Assembly: GCA_964477645.1 (NCBI GenBank)
Contig: CAYZEP010000001.1
Location: forward strand, 1 to 51,643
Source: an uncultured Candidatus Bathyarchaeia archaeon
GTDB lineage: Archaea > Thermoproteota > Bathyarchaeia > Bathyarchaeales > Bathycorpusculaceae
Direction of reading: 5' to 3'
Length of the DNA stretch: 51,643 nucleotides
Part shown: positions 25,040 through 35,195 of the stretch, in pieces
Position numbering within the stretch: position 1 is the stretch's first letter
Layout: each line of letters starts with the position of its first letter
Notes under the pieces: model-generated
Database searches by the model: none
Told to the model about the DNA's origin: nothing
What the model saw: the letters and a program-made list of their open reading frames with translations, nothing else
Translations under genes and position numbers: made by a program

Positions 25040-26851
25040 TTAGAAAAACAGCAAAAACAACAATAAAAGAAGGCCGCTGGTCGCGAAGATTGGAACGGCT
25101 GCCTTCTTGGCTTTTTGAAGAGTTCTATCTATTAGAAGGCATAAAGTTTCAAGCTGTTTCTCTCCAATAACCTTTATGTTGGGAACCGTTGTGCTTCGAC
25201 ATGCGGCCTTAACATGTTCCAAATTAGAGATAGCAGCAAGAGTTGTCTCCTTGATGTATCCGATCAAACTTTCATGAGATATAACTTCGCCCACCGGGTG
25301 GTAACCACGCTTGCTTAATATTATAGCGCTTACCGAATGCGTGTCTGTTGTGTAAATCTCGCCTTCATCGATTCCTATGGTGCGAAGAGCCGAAAGGACA
25401 TTTTCGCGTAGTCCAGAAACCATGTTGTTGCCGTCGATAACGACGTAAGCAGTTTTGTGCTCACCAACCTTAACCACAAATACAGTGATGCCGCCTGGTC
25501 CCATACCGTCTTTAAGGCTGAACTCTTTCGGGATAACTGTGGCAGCACCAACTTCAAAAGGAAACTGCCTCAAAGAAACAGTCTTTTCTAAACAAGCGGC
25601 TGCAACAGCTTTCAACGCACCTAAAGCCTCTTGCATGTTTGTCTCTTCATTGATGCTATTATGTGCATTAACAACCACACAGCAATTCAGCCCATGCTTT
25701 TCTGCTTCTTGGCGAACAAACAGGCCCAACTCTTGCGGTAAGTCTTCAGTTGTCTTAGGTGCAAGGGTGAATGAAAGAAAAGCAGATTTACCAAAAATCT
25801 GGCAGCATGCAGTAGCCAAGCCATTATCAACTTTGATAAAGGGTGTTGCCTTTGTTTCATGAGCCTTGAAGTTCATGGACTTAACAACGTGGTTAATTAT
25901 TTTTTGATTTTGAAGTTGAGAAGCCAAATCAAACTCGTGACCAAGCAAACCATGAGGAACGCACACGTCACAGTCAAGTTCTTTTTCTAAAGTGGTTTTA
26001 AGCATAGACGGCAAAAGACTGCTTCCGATGTTTTTGAATGGGCCAGGATGAACGGAAGGAACAACCATAACCGCTTTAGGCTTAGAAGAACCGAACTTGA
26101 TCAAGGAAACGTCAACATCTTGCGTTTCACCTAACTTTTCAAGCAATTCTTCAAAAGGAGCATTTAAGTCCATCACCCAGTTAAGCAAAAAAGCCCTCAA
26201 AAGAGACAGAGAGGGAACCCCAAGCGTTCGCTCGCCCACGCGATTTATGAGAGAAATGAAGAAGAAACTTGAGACAAAACCTACGGCCAATGAGAAAACA
26301 AAGAATACGAATAAATTTAGATAGGGTATTCTTGCCCAAAGCACTAAGAACGGTGTTATGCAAGAAAACGGTTGAAGAAGAGAAGCTGCTAAAAGTCGTT
26401 TGAAGTTGAGGGAAGATGTCGAACTTAAAACTACAAAACGAAAGATTAGCACTGCTGAAAATCCTAGAAGGCACAGCCTAATCCACCATGTTGAATCAAA
26501 TGTCACAGCGAGAGCAGCGCCTACAAAAATGAAAAAAAGCCAAACCACCCAACAGTAAAGGGAAAGAGCAACTGTCCTTCTTAAATCATAAATTGAAACT
26601 CGTCTTAAAGCGAATACGCTTGCAACATAGTCGATAATCAAATTCGTAAAGAAAAGGGAAACGCCCACAAGCAATCCTTTCATTAAGCCTTCTAGAAGGG
26701 GAAAAAGAACACCCGTGGAAAGTAACCCTCCAACTATGCAAACCAATGCAAGAAACAAAATCACTCTTCTGTATGGTGGAAGTTTGAACAATGACGAGTA
26801 ACGTTTAACTGCTCTATCCATAGATTGACTTAATGAAGCTCCGGTAGCCAC
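25040..26851 (-). CDS. large archaeal polytopic membrane protein with a C-terminal soluble domain (DUF2070-like)
   Basis: 603 aa. About 7 N-terminal TM helices, a roughly 330-aa soluble region, and one C-terminal TM helix. The family name is from memory only. Confidence 0.45.
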   Translation of the reverse strand: MATGASLSQSMDRAVKRYSSLFKLPPYRRVILFLALVCIVGGLLSTGVLFPLLEGLMKGLLVGVSLFFTNLIIDYVASVFALRRVSIYDLRRTVALSLYCWVVWLFFIFVGAALAVTFDSTWWIRLCLLGFSAVLIFRFVVLSSTSSLNFKRLLAASLLQPFSCITPFLVLWARIPYLNLFVFFVFSLAVGFVSSFFFISLINRVGERTLGVPSLSLLRAFLLNWVMDLNAPFEELLEKLGETQDVDVSLIKFGSSKPKAVMVVPSVHPGPFKNIGSSLLPSMLKTTLEKELDCDVCVPHGLLGHEFDLASQLQNQKIINHVVKSMNFKAHETKATPFIKVDNGLATACCQIFGKSAFLSFTLAPKTTEDLPQELGLFVRQEAEKHGLNCCVVVNAHNSINEETNMQEALGALKAVAAACLEKTVSLRQFPFEVGAATVIPKEFSLKDGMGPGGITVFVVKVGEHKTAYVVIDGNNMVSGLRENVLSALRTIGIDEGEIYTTDTHSVSAIILSKRGYHPVGEVISHESLIGYIKETTLAAISNLEHVKAACRSTTVPNIKVIGEKQLETLCLLIDRTLQKAKKAAVPIFATSGLLLLLFLLFF

Positions 26852-27149
26852 ATCACATCCTCTCGGGCGGATTTTCTAAAAGATAAACTCAAGCATATTA
26901 AAGTGTCGTGAAGTCCCGCATGGTTACCATGGGAAGTTGAAACATTCTCTAAATAATCCTTACATGGGGTAACCTATCATTTTTGACATAAAAACTGAAA
27001 ATGGAAGACAGCAGAAACACAAAGCAAACGCTACCATAACATAAGTGTCATAATAGCTCAGAGAGGGCAACTGTTTTATCCTTAAAGCGCTAATTATGGA
27101 TTTTGCGAGTATTATGCCAGAGCAGAGTATACCCCCTACAATATTCCAT

Positions 27150-27401
27150 ATGCTTGAAAGAAATCTAGGCAAGCAAATACGGGTGATTTTGGACGTTTCC
27201 TATGGTTTTGAAGGAACTTTGATGGCGGTAACCCGTGAACCTGCAGGAATATGGCTTTCAGACGCCGAAGCCATTATATTACGTGCAACAATCGCTCAGC
27301 CGATACCGCAGGTTGCAAGCAGAGAAGAAAGAAGCGAGATATTTGTCCACCTAAACTCTGTGCAGCGGATAGAAGTTTTGCACCCGCCTTCTCGTCGTTA
27401 A
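27150..27401 (+). CDS. Sm-like (LSm) fold protein, divergent
   Basis: LERNLGKQIRVILDVSYGFEGTLMAV......WLSDAEAI resembles the Sm1 motif, and EIFVHLNSVQRIEVL resembles Sm2. An internal ATG of track ORF 27096..27401 was chosen. Confidence 0.4.
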   Translation: MLERNLGKQIRVILDVSYGFEGTLMAVTREPAGIWLSDAEAIILRATIAQPIPQVASREERSEIFVHLNSVQRIEVLHPPSRR

Positions 27402-27409
27402 ACAAGTGT

Positions 27410-27583
27410 TCAGATTAGAAAAACACGTGCCAGAACACATATAACAATTAATGCGATTGCTAAACCTACAAGTATTTCTGGTTTAACCTTGATTCCTTCA
27501 GTTTCCTCTTCAAAGAATCTGAGCAATCCTGCGCTTGCAGCAGGCATTGGTCCTGATTTCTCTTTCTTTTTCTTCTTGCTCAT
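27410..27583 (-). CDS. secG: preprotein translocase subunit Sec61beta/SecG (57 aa; below the ORF-track size cut-off)
   Basis: Reverse-strand translation: MSKKKKKEKSGPMPAASAGLLRFFEEETEGIKVKPEILVGLAIALIVICVLARVFLI*. It has a basic N-terminus, the conserved P..SAGL.RFF.E...GIK..P motif and a single C-terminal TM anchor. Confidence 0.8.
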   Translation of the reverse strand: MSKKKKKEKSGPMPAASAGLLRFFEEETEGIKVKPEILVGLAIALIVICVLARVFLI

Positions 27584-27684
27584 GCATGAGCCTCTTTCTA
27601 CTGTAACGATTAACTTTTACTGTTTTCTCCATTATTAACGTTATGCCACTTCAAAAGAGTTTTTATTTTTGAAAGGATGATAAT

Positions 27685-29022
27685 GTGATGCAAGAGGTTG
27701 TTGCAATGTCGACTTCCCAAGACGAATACAATCATGTGTTTGACCTCCTCCAACAACATCACAAATGGTTTCAGAAAAGCATCCCACTCATAGCAAGCGA
27801 AAACGTCCCAAGCCCAGCTGTACGCGAAGCAATCACAACAGATTTTGGAAATCGCTATGCAGAGGGTTGGCCTGGAGAACGTGTCTATGCAGGCTGTCGC
27901 TTCATAGACCAGGTGGAGTTCAAATGTATCGAGCTTATGAAAAAGCTCTTTAACGCGGAATTCGTGGATGTTAGACCTATTTCGGGTGTTGTGGCTAATC
28001 TTGTTGTTTACACAGCGTTTACAGAGCCAGGTGACACCATGATGGCCTTATCCATTCCGTGTGGCGGACACATAACAACTGGCAAGAAAGAGTTAGGAGG
28101 AACAGCTGGAGCAGTGCGCGGCTTAATAGTTGAATATTTACCCTTAGATTACAAGGAATTAAACATAGATGTGGACAAAGCAAAAAGCAGGATAAGCGAA
28201 CTGTCTGCAAAGGGTAAACCGCCAAAACTTGTCATGTTTGGCGCAAGCGTTTTCCCGTTCCCGCATCCAGTCAAAGAATTAACTGAGAGCATCCACTCAG
28301 TGGGCGGGACAGTGGGATACGATGCAGCACACGTAGCTGGTTTAATTGCTGGAAAGCAATTCCAAGACCCTATTAGAGAGGGAGCTGACGTCGTCAGCTT
28401 AAGCACGCATAAAACATTCTTTGGACCTCAACACGGCGGAGTTTTGTCGTGGGATAAGCATGTTGATAAGATAAAACGAGCGACTTTTCCAGGGATGGTG
28501 AGCAACCATCATTTGCACGCAGTTGCAGGTGTTACAATTGCGTGTGCAGAATTGCTTGAGTTTGGAAAGGAATATGCAAGTCAAATAGTGAAAAATGCCA
28601 AAGCCCTAGCCCAAGCACTTTATGAAAGAGGATTTAATGTTTTAGCAGAACATAAGGGCTTTACACAGTCTCACGTAATTTTAATAGACATACTAAAATA
28701 TGGCGACGGCGGCACAATTGAAGAGACTTTGGAAAAGGCAAACATCATAATAAACAGAAACTTGCTGCCATGGGACATTAAGGAAGGAAGACATTTCATG
28801 CATCCAGGCGGCATAAGACTGGGCGTTTCAGAGGTTACGAGGCTTGGAATGAAAGAATCCGAAATGGCTGAAATAGCAGAATTCATAAAACGCGTAATAA
28901 TAGATAAAGAACCATTAGAAAAAGTGAGAGCGGACATAGCAGAGTTTAGGAAAGATTATCAAAAGGTACATTACTGCTTCGAAAACGCAACTGAAGCCTA
29001 CAAATACGTAAAAATCCGCTAG
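27685..29022 (+). CDS. glyA: serine hydroxymethyltransferase
   Basis: 445 aa. LIASENVPSPAV, RYAEGWPGERVYAGC, and the PLP-lysine motif STHKTFFGPQHG. GTG at 27685, ATG at 27688. Confidence 0.9.
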   Translation: MMQEVVAMSTSQDEYNHVFDLLQQHHKWFQKSIPLIASENVPSPAVREAITTDFGNRYAEGWPGERVYAGCRFIDQVEFKCIELMKKLFNAEFVDVRPISGVVANLVVYTAFTEPGDTMMALSIPCGGHITTGKKELGGTAGAVRGLIVEYLPLDYKELNIDVDKAKSRISELSAKGKPPKLVMFGASVFPFPHPVKELTESIHSVGGTVGYDAAHVAGLIAGKQFQDPIREGADVVSLSTHKTFFGPQHGGVLSWDKHVDKIKRATFPGMVSNHHLHAVAGVTIACAELLEFGKEYASQIVKNAKALAQALYERGFNVLAEHKGFTQSHVILIDILKYGDGGTIEETLEKANIIINRNLLPWDIKEGRHFMHPGGIRLGVSEVTRLGMKESEMAEIAEFIKRVIIDKEPLEKVRADIAEFRKDYQKVHYCFENATEAYKYVKIR

Positions 29023-29081
29023 CAGTCCTTTCACTATGCTTACAATGGCAGATAAAGAGAATTGCGCATCTCAGTCGCCAG

Positions 29082-29582
29082 TTAGAAGTTAAACTTGTAT
29101 CCGTGAATTTCAAGTCCAGGCTTCCAAGTGTAGTTGGAGAAATCCATGAACAGGTCGATATGCCCAACGTTTCTGAAGCCTTGCTCGTATAGAAATTTTA
29201 TGGCTTTCATGTTTCGCACCACAGGCTTTACATTCAGAAACCTTACTCCTTCCTTACGGGCTTCAGAAACAACAGTTTCTATCAACCGCTTTCCTATTCC
29301 TTTACAGCGATGGTCTTTGCTAACTATGAGCGGTTCTATTTCAGCTTCGTTTTCCTCAATGATTAATCCGACGAGTCCAACTACTCTGGAATTATGTACA
29401 GCGACCCAAAGCTGATTAGATCCAACCTTAGCCAAATGTTTGTCAAAGTAGTCTTCTGGATGCTCTCCGCCAATGGTTGGGTCTTGATAGATCACACGAT
29501 GCCATTCGGTTAGTTCTCGCCACAAGGAGCGACACTGTTCTCTGTCAGCTTTTCGATACTTCCGAATTACAAAAGACGTCAA
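29082..29582 (-). CDS. GNAT-family N-acetyltransferase
   Basis: 166 aa. VSKDHRCKGIGKRLIETVVSEARKEG (acetyl-CoA loop) and YEQGF. Confidence 0.75.
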   Translation of the reverse strand: MTSFVIRKYRKADREQCRSLWRELTEWHRVIYQDPTIGGEHPEDYFDKHLAKVGSNQLWVAVHNSRVVGLVGLIIEENEAEIEPLIVSKDHRCKGIGKRLIETVVSEARKEGVRFLNVKPVVRNMKAIKFLYEQGFRNVGHIDLFMDFSNYTWKPGLEIHGYKFNF

Positions 29583-29678
29583 TCCATTCCACCTGATTTC
29601 AAGGTCTTGATTACGCTTATTTGAATGTTATTCATTTTCTCTTTAAGTAGGTTTACACATATTTCCAAATAATATGGG

Positions 29679-29975
29679 GTGAAAAGTTTGCATATAGACG
29701 AATTTCAGAAGATGATGCGGCACTTATATTTCCATAGAGATTTTAAGCGCGGAGTAAAAGGGACGTATAACTGGCTTGTGGATGAAGTTAAAGAACTAGG
29801 TGAAGCACTAGAAGCTGACGACAAAGCAGCATTAGAAAACGAGTTTGCCGATGTCATTGCATGGTTAGCTTCGCTCGCAAACGTTACGGGTATCGACTTG
29901 GAAAAGGCAGCCCTTAACAAGTACCACAACGAATGCCCCAAGTGCAAGCGTTCGCCTTGCCAATGTACTTTTTAG
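29679..29975 (+). CDS. MazG-like nucleotide pyrophosphohydrolase domain protein
   Basis: 98 aa. EVKELGEAL...ENEFADVIAWLASLAN follows the E..E...E..D metal-binding helix pattern. The C-terminal tail is Cys-rich (CPKCKRSPCQC). Confidence 0.55.
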   Translation: MKSLHIDEFQKMMRHLYFHRDFKRGVKGTYNWLVDEVKELGEALEADDKAALENEFADVIAWLASLANVTGIDLEKAALNKYHNECPKCKRSPCQCTF

Positions 29976-30268
29976 CTCAAGTTAACTAGGCGTTTCTGTC
30001 CCAAACCAGTAAGCATCCAAACATATGGCCTGCTTCCTTTCCTTTCAACAGTCCCTTCCGCCTCCAAAAGCCTCAAATGGTGCATAACCACTCCGTAAGG
30101 CATTTCCGCTTCTTTTCCAATGGTTTTGGCGTTAGCTGAATGCTTCTCCAAAACGTTCAATAGTTGAGTTCTAGCCCGCAGACCGAGCTTAACATTTCTT
30201 ATGTCCGTTAAGTATGCGTTAGGATGATGAGTCTCTCTAATAATACTCACCGAAACTAAATTTGTCAT
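29972..30268 (-). CDS. ArsR/SmtB-like winged-helix transcriptional regulator
   Basis: 98 aa. RTQLLNVLEKHSANAKTIGKEAEMPYGVVMHHLRLLEAEGTVERK is an HTH followed by a wing. Confidence 0.6.
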   Translation of the reverse strand: MTNLVSVSIIRETHHPNAYLTDIRNVKLGLRARTQLLNVLEKHSANAKTIGKEAEMPYGVVMHHLRLLEAEGTVERKGSRPYVWMLTGLGQKRLVNLS

Positions 30269-30289
30269 TTTAAATAGAAAAGTTTTCTT

Positions 30290-33200
30290 TTAGGCAAAGT
30301 CTGTTAAGCTGATTTGTCGAGGCTTTTTACCTTCAAACAGTGCATCTATTTCCTCTTTCATAAGCAGAATTCTTTGAGCATAATACTGCGGTAACCCATA
30401 CTTTTCGATCAGATGCTGCGCCGCCTCCAAGTATTTTTCAATGCCGCCACGATAAACGGTCAATGATAATTGTCCACCACATGAAGGACATTTGCCACGG
30501 AGAGGTAAACGGCGAAAACGCTTGTTGCACGATTTACATCTAAAACTCTGCGTGGAGAAAGCCCGCAGATTTCCAGCAATGTCCCGAATGAAGTGCGTAG
30601 TTAAAACTTTTAAGGCTACCTTTTCAGCGTCCACAGCTTTGATCTTCTCAGCCAATTCAAGTTGACTGTTCAGCTTTTCAATCATTGTTCTGAAACGTTT
30701 GTATGCACTCTCAGGATTTCCCATGTTGATGTTTGAGACAGGCGTCGTGAATTTGAAGCCTTCATACTGTGCTTGTGTGTTGAGCCGATGCTCAATTATG
30801 TCTATTAGGCGACTAACATGCTTAGATTCCACAGTCTCCCATGTTTTCTCATAAAACTCAAGCGGATAAGCATCGGCAACATCGACATCATGCGCTTGCC
30901 TTTGCACTTCTTGAGGATTAACAACCGAGATTAGAAGTAGCGGGGCGTCCATTATTCCACCTATTTGTGCTGGCAAGTATTCACGGGAAAAGTTAAGCAA
31001 CGTATCTAACGCAAGCATCAACGCATCTTCGTCACCATCACAATCTCTCCGCTTGGCTGAATGCCAAATTGGATGCGCATAACAAACGTTAAGATTTGTG
31101 AAGCCAATGATACGCCCCAAAATGCCCACAGAGGTATGAGGAGCTAAGCCAACAATTAAATGACCGATAAGGTCTTCTGGCTGCTTCACATTGTAATAGG
31201 CTGAAAGCCCATAGATTTTAGTTAAGAGTTCATCCATGAAATTTGCAACTTGTACGAAGTACTCTGCACATTTTATGGGAATAACAATGTCTTGAAGTTT
31301 TAGTTCACACATCTGGTTTGGATCCGCTAGTGGCATACCAGAAATGTCATGTGTATAACTAAGCTTGCCAAGCTTCTCAATCGCAACTCCAATTTCGAAA
31401 GGCTTAAAGTGAGTTAATGGAGCATTTGTTATGTCGAAACGGATTGTTCCATCCTTGTAGACTGATAAATCATACTTTGCGCGCAGAACCCCCTTTTCCA
31501 TGATCTCAGGAGTCTTCGTCTCATTCGTCAAGCCTTTGACACCCTTCAAAACTTTAGGGATAGAAACGCCCAAACGGCTACATGCGCCCTCAAGCAATTC
31601 CTTCAAGTTGACAATCTGTTTTTGATATGCCCTCGTAGGCACTTTGCAGACTGGACACTCATTTTCCTTAAAGCTTTTCCCGCATCTGAGACAAGTTTTC
31701 TCAAGGATCGTTTCGGAACCGCAAGCAGGACATTTGACCCTATGAGTGAACGTTTTGCATATTGGACATTTGCGTTTAACAACTTCTACAAAAACGGGCT
31801 CTTTTTTTGCTGCACCAACAATGTCTCTATGAGAACCCCCGGCTAGGCCAACAGGGAAAAGGACATGAACGAGAGGTTTCATCTCACGCCTTTTTGCTTT
31901 TTCTGGTCTTCCCATCCGTGCACCTACGAGAGTTGGAGCCTTTTCTTTAATTTGTACGCCGGAGAGCAAACTAATCGCTTCTAGAATAGAGGTGGTAGAG
32001 GGAAAGTTCACATCTTTGGTGAGTTCGCAGCCGAGGCAGAATGCAAATGTTTGTGCGTCTTCGCCTTCAATAATAATTTTCTCATTAGAAACTTTGTGCG
32101 GTAAGCACATTGCTTCCAAAGAATGTTTAATATTCGTATTCATTTCACCAGTAATTTGATGGACATCATCGCCATCGCGTTGTATTTCGGAACTGAGAAG
32201 CCATTTTCTTAATAGTTTAAGTTCCTTAATTGAAGTGAGGTCCATCCAGAAAAATGTAAAAAGTGGATGAAGAGGCGTATGCAATGCTAGCGATAAGGCG
32301 AGCGCTTCTTTAAAGCAAGGCTTGTTGGTAAATGGGCTCTCCAAAAAAGCTTTCAACCTTTCCAAAGGAATCTTAACGGTTGTCGCGACGTTTGCAAAGT
32401 CGCCATTAAACTTTTCTGTAATAGCTTTTCGTACGTCTTCAGTCCACCACTCTTCAACATACCCGGAAGGCGCAAGAGGCTTGCTATTGTAGAGAAAGTC
32501 CCCGAAACTAATCAAAATATCGCCTAAAAACAGAATCTTCTCAATTTTATCTTTTATCTCATTGAAATTTTCAACAGTGACTCGAACAACCGAACCGTCC
32601 TTCAACTGGACAATGGGCAGTTCCACACTATTAACCGGAACGACTATGCCGCCTTTTCCTGGAAGCTCCAAACGTACTTGCGTGCCTGCTGCTAGAAAAC
32701 CTTGAAGCACAAGCATGGTCGCTGGATGAACCCCAACAGCAGCCAAGCCTGTGTTTCGTGCCCTACCGTATCTTAGACGAAAGCCACCACGTCTGGATGG
32801 GAAAGAAAAGATTGGACGCCCAGCGATAACGTCATCCATGAATCCAGCGGATTTTCTCTCAGATTCTTTACGAATTTCCTTAAGCCAGTCCCAACCTTGA
32901 AACTTCAACTTTTCAATAATAGTCAGAACTTTGGGAGCACGCCCAACTATGCCATCATTCACAACTCTAAGCGCCCCACCCCTCACACGGTTGGTCTCTA
33001 TCCGAGGAAGATTGCGGAAAGAAGAAACTTCAACTGGATCAGATTCCGTACCCGTTACTTCCACAGGAAGCCACTCAAGCGCCTTTCGCAACTCTTCATC
33101 AGAAATATGATATTGGAAGCGCGATACAGAACGCTCGTAAAGCCTCATTTCTTCAATGAAGCGAGAGATTTCTTCCTCCGTAGGCTTGTAACGGTCAAGC

Positions 33201-33706
33201 CCAAGTAGTCGCCGCACAAAATCTCCAACAACCAGCGTCAAAGCTTGATCTGTCCCACCAGCAGACCGTATTGGACCCGCAAAATAAATAGCAAGATAAC
33301 GTGTACGATCACGATTTGTCTTAATTTTTACTTTAGCTACCCCTTGTATCGGTGCTGCGGTAAGCCCCTCAGTAAAAATTGCAAGTGCAGTGCGTATGGC
33401 TTGCTCCGCCACGGCTTCAGGCTCCATATGCCCAAATCTGCCATAAACAATTTCTTCCACAATTTTAAAAGCTAGTTCTTCCCTTGGAAGTTTCGCGCTT
33501 AGTTCTCTGATGCTTTCTGCGACGCCTTTTGGTCCTACAAGACCTTCCACAAGGTCGGCTAAATCCTTTGCAACCTTACATTCGGGTTTTAACGTAGGAT
33601 CATGTCCCTTTTCTCTGGCTTTTTCACTTATGGTGTATAGTTGCTCAAGGTTGCTTTCCAAATTTTTTACGTATTGCCGATACGCATCGCTCATTTGGTT
33701 ATTCAA
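30290..33706 (-). CDS. dp2: DNA polymerase II (PolD) large catalytic subunit DP2
   Basis: 1138 aa. N-terminal AREKGHDPTLKPE..AKDLADLVEGLVGP and several CxxC zinc modules (CPICK...CPACG, CLRCG...CPVCK, CKSCN...CPSCG). The conserved double-psi-barrel regions are colinear with no intein-sized insertion. Confidence 0.95.
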   Translation of the reverse strand: MNNQMSDAYRQYVKNLESNLEQLYTISEKAREKGHDPTLKPECKVAKDLADLVEGLVGPKGVAESIRELSAKLPREELAFKIVEEIVYGRFGHMEPEAVAEQAIRTALAIFTEGLTAAPIQGVAKVKIKTNRDRTRYLAIYFAGPIRSAGGTDQALTLVVGDFVRRLLGLDRYKPTEEEISRFIEEMRLYERSVSRFQYHISDEELRKALEWLPVEVTGTESDPVEVSSFRNLPRIETNRVRGGALRVVNDGIVGRAPKVLTIIEKLKFQGWDWLKEIRKESERKSAGFMDDVIAGRPIFSFPSRRGGFRLRYGRARNTGLAAVGVHPATMLVLQGFLAAGTQVRLELPGKGGIVVPVNSVELPIVQLKDGSVVRVTVENFNEIKDKIEKILFLGDILISFGDFLYNSKPLAPSGYVEEWWTEDVRKAITEKFNGDFANVATTVKIPLERLKAFLESPFTNKPCFKEALALSLALHTPLHPLFTFFWMDLTSIKELKLLRKWLLSSEIQRDGDDVHQITGEMNTNIKHSLEAMCLPHKVSNEKIIIEGEDAQTFAFCLGCELTKDVNFPSTTSILEAISLLSGVQIKEKAPTLVGARMGRPEKAKRREMKPLVHVLFPVGLAGGSHRDIVGAAKKEPVFVEVVKRKCPICKTFTHRVKCPACGSETILEKTCLRCGKSFKENECPVCKVPTRAYQKQIVNLKELLEGACSRLGVSIPKVLKGVKGLTNETKTPEIMEKGVLRAKYDLSVYKDGTIRFDITNAPLTHFKPFEIGVAIEKLGKLSYTHDISGMPLADPNQMCELKLQDIVIPIKCAEYFVQVANFMDELLTKIYGLSAYYNVKQPEDLIGHLIVGLAPHTSVGILGRIIGFTNLNVCYAHPIWHSAKRRDCDGDEDALMLALDTLLNFSREYLPAQIGGIMDAPLLLISVVNPQEVQRQAHDVDVADAYPLEFYEKTWETVESKHVSRLIDIIEHRLNTQAQYEGFKFTTPVSNINMGNPESAYKRFRTMIEKLNSQLELAEKIKAVDAEKVALKVLTTHFIRDIAGNLRAFSTQSFRCKSCNKRFRRLPLRGKCPSCGGQLSLTVYRGGIEKYLEAAQHLIEKYGLPQYYAQRILLMKEEIDALFEGKKPRQISLTDFA

Positions 33707-33794
33707 GCCAATCCTCCCCCAAGCCCTTGTGTTTACAGTAGTTTATTTTGGTTTTCTGACACGAATAAATCAAAACTGTTGCTGTTTAGAGCTT

Positions 33795-34118
33795 CTATTC
33801 CGTGTGAACTCTACACAAAAACAGTGTGTGCCATTTTTCCTTTGGACGGCCAGTTGCCTTTTGATAGGCTTCTTTTGCAGTTTTGCCTCGTTTTTCAACA
33901 CATTCTTTACAGCGTATATGTCTCACATCAGATGGCCCATCACAAACACCACAATTGAGTATCAGAACTTCGCCTAAACCTCTCAGCGTCACCCATGCAT
34001 ATTCGTGTTCATCATACAGCGGTTCAAAATCTGGCCAAACATCATAGACAGCTTCATTTCCCAAGATTTTCTTTAAGGCGCTAAAATAGTTTTCAAAGGC
34101 CGTCAAATAGTTTTTCAC
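33795..34118 (-). CDS. hypothetical Cys-cluster protein
   Basis: 107 aa. CGVCDG....CKEC suggests a small zinc ribbon. A 4-nt overlap with the upstream GGGPS gene suggests co-translation. Confidence 0.45.
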   Translation of the reverse strand: MKNYLTAFENYFSALKKILGNEAVYDVWPDFEPLYDEHEYAWVTLRGLGEVLILNCGVCDGPSDVRHIRCKECVEKRGKTAKEAYQKATGRPKEKWHTLFLCRVHTE

Positions 34119-34876
34119 GCCCTGCGGCGCCTTATGCCCTCAATAATCTCGGAAACCTTATGTTTAACTTCGGTATTTTCAACAACGTTGCCAGTAACAA
34201 TTATGTCTGCCCCAGCAGATGCTGCAGCCAATGCTTGTCCTCTGGATTTTATGCCGCCTCCCACGATCAAAGGAACGTTAATGTAATGTTTAACAGTGTG
34301 AATCATTTCTGAGGGAACTGGCCTTTTTGCACCGGATCCAGCTTCCAAATAAATGAAATGCATACCCAGATATTGCCCTGCTAAGGCGTGAGCAACAGCG
34401 ATTTCGGGTTTATCATATGGAACTGGAACTGCTTTGCCCACGACACCTGCAGTGCCACCATCACCAATAATTATGTACCCTAGAGAAATTGGTTCTAAAT
34501 GGTATCTTTTGACAAGCGGGGCTCCTAAAACCTGAGCTCCAATTAAGAAGTAAGGGTCAACGGAGTTTAGAAGAGACATGAACCATATAGCATCAGCGTA
34601 ACGGCTTATGCCAGTCACGTTATTTGGAAAAAGAATTGTCGGAATTTTCACGCTACGCTTGACAGATTTAACAACATTATCCAAATGCTTTGTAGAAACG
34701 AACGTTGAACCACCAATCATTATTGCTGAGGTCCCGCTTGATCTTGCCTTACTAGCAACTCTAGAAGCTTGTGAAGATGTCACTTTTTCAGGATCTAGGA
34801 GAGTAATGTGAATAGCGCCTTCGCATTCAATTTTTTCAAGCAAATATTTCTCAACATGCCCTACCATAAGAATCAA
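34115..34876 (-). CDS. pcrB: geranylgeranylglyceryl phosphate synthase (PcrB/GGGPS family)
   Basis: 253 aa. HITLLDPEK, AIMIGGS, IYLEAGSGA, LIVGGGIKS and IIVTGNVVE are hallmarks of the GGGPS TIM barrel. Confidence 0.9.
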   Translation of the reverse strand: MILMVGHVEKYLLEKIECEGAIHITLLDPEKVTSSQASRVASKARSSGTSAIMIGGSTFVSTKHLDNVVKSVKRSVKIPTILFPNNVTGISRYADAIWFMSLLNSVDPYFLIGAQVLGAPLVKRYHLEPISLGYIIIGDGGTAGVVGKAVPVPYDKPEIAVAHALAGQYLGMHFIYLEAGSGAKRPVPSEMIHTVKHYINVPLIVGGGIKSRGQALAAASAGADIIVTGNVVENTEVKHKVSEIIEGIRRRRA

Positions 34877-34881
34877 CCTAA

Positions 34882-35148
34882 CTAAGCACCCTTAATCTCT
34901 GGCGCCGATGTTCTCCTAGAGGCTCCGTAAATTTTGTCTGTAAACATACAGTAAACATCAACCTCGCCTTGTGCAGGCTTAACTTGAAATTCCTCTTTTA
35001 GACCACAGTTGCCGCAGCCAACAACAGCACGTTTTTCATCACGAAGTATTTCAACCCTAACTGTTTCTTTTCCACACCTTGGACAAGGGAAGAATTTAGG
35101 CAATCGCTTCTTAGGAATGCGGACAACTTTCCTCCTTCTTCGTCCCAT
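34882..35148 (-). CDS. elf1: transcription elongation factor Elf1-like zinc-ribbon protein
   Basis: [26 protein letters not shown]......VGCGNCG....F......EVDVYCMF shows a basic N-terminus, a C4 ribbon and a DVY motif as in Elf1. The track ORF begins at a TTG two codons upstream. Confidence 0.65.
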   Translation of the reverse strand: MGRRRRKVVRIPKKRLPKFFPCPRCGKETVRVEILRDEKRAVVGCGNCGLKEEFQVKPAQGEVDVYCMFTDKIYGASRRTSAPEIKGA

Positions 35149-35195
35149 ATCCAAGTCCTTCTACATCTTTTAGAAATCACACCGTTTCAATATTT

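Noticed and set aside
26960-27172. 70-aa reverse-strand ORF overlapping the start of the Sm-like gene.
   Set aside because: It is hydrophobic and Cys-rich with no motif, and it conflicts with the promoter and 5' region of the Sm-like gene. Support is insufficient.
30290-33706. Possible intein in the PolD large subunit, which is common in archaeal replication genes.
   Set aside because: At 1138 aa it is within the intein-free size range. I saw no intein-sized insertion or terminal HN/Cys-Ser splice-junction block interrupting the conserved regions.
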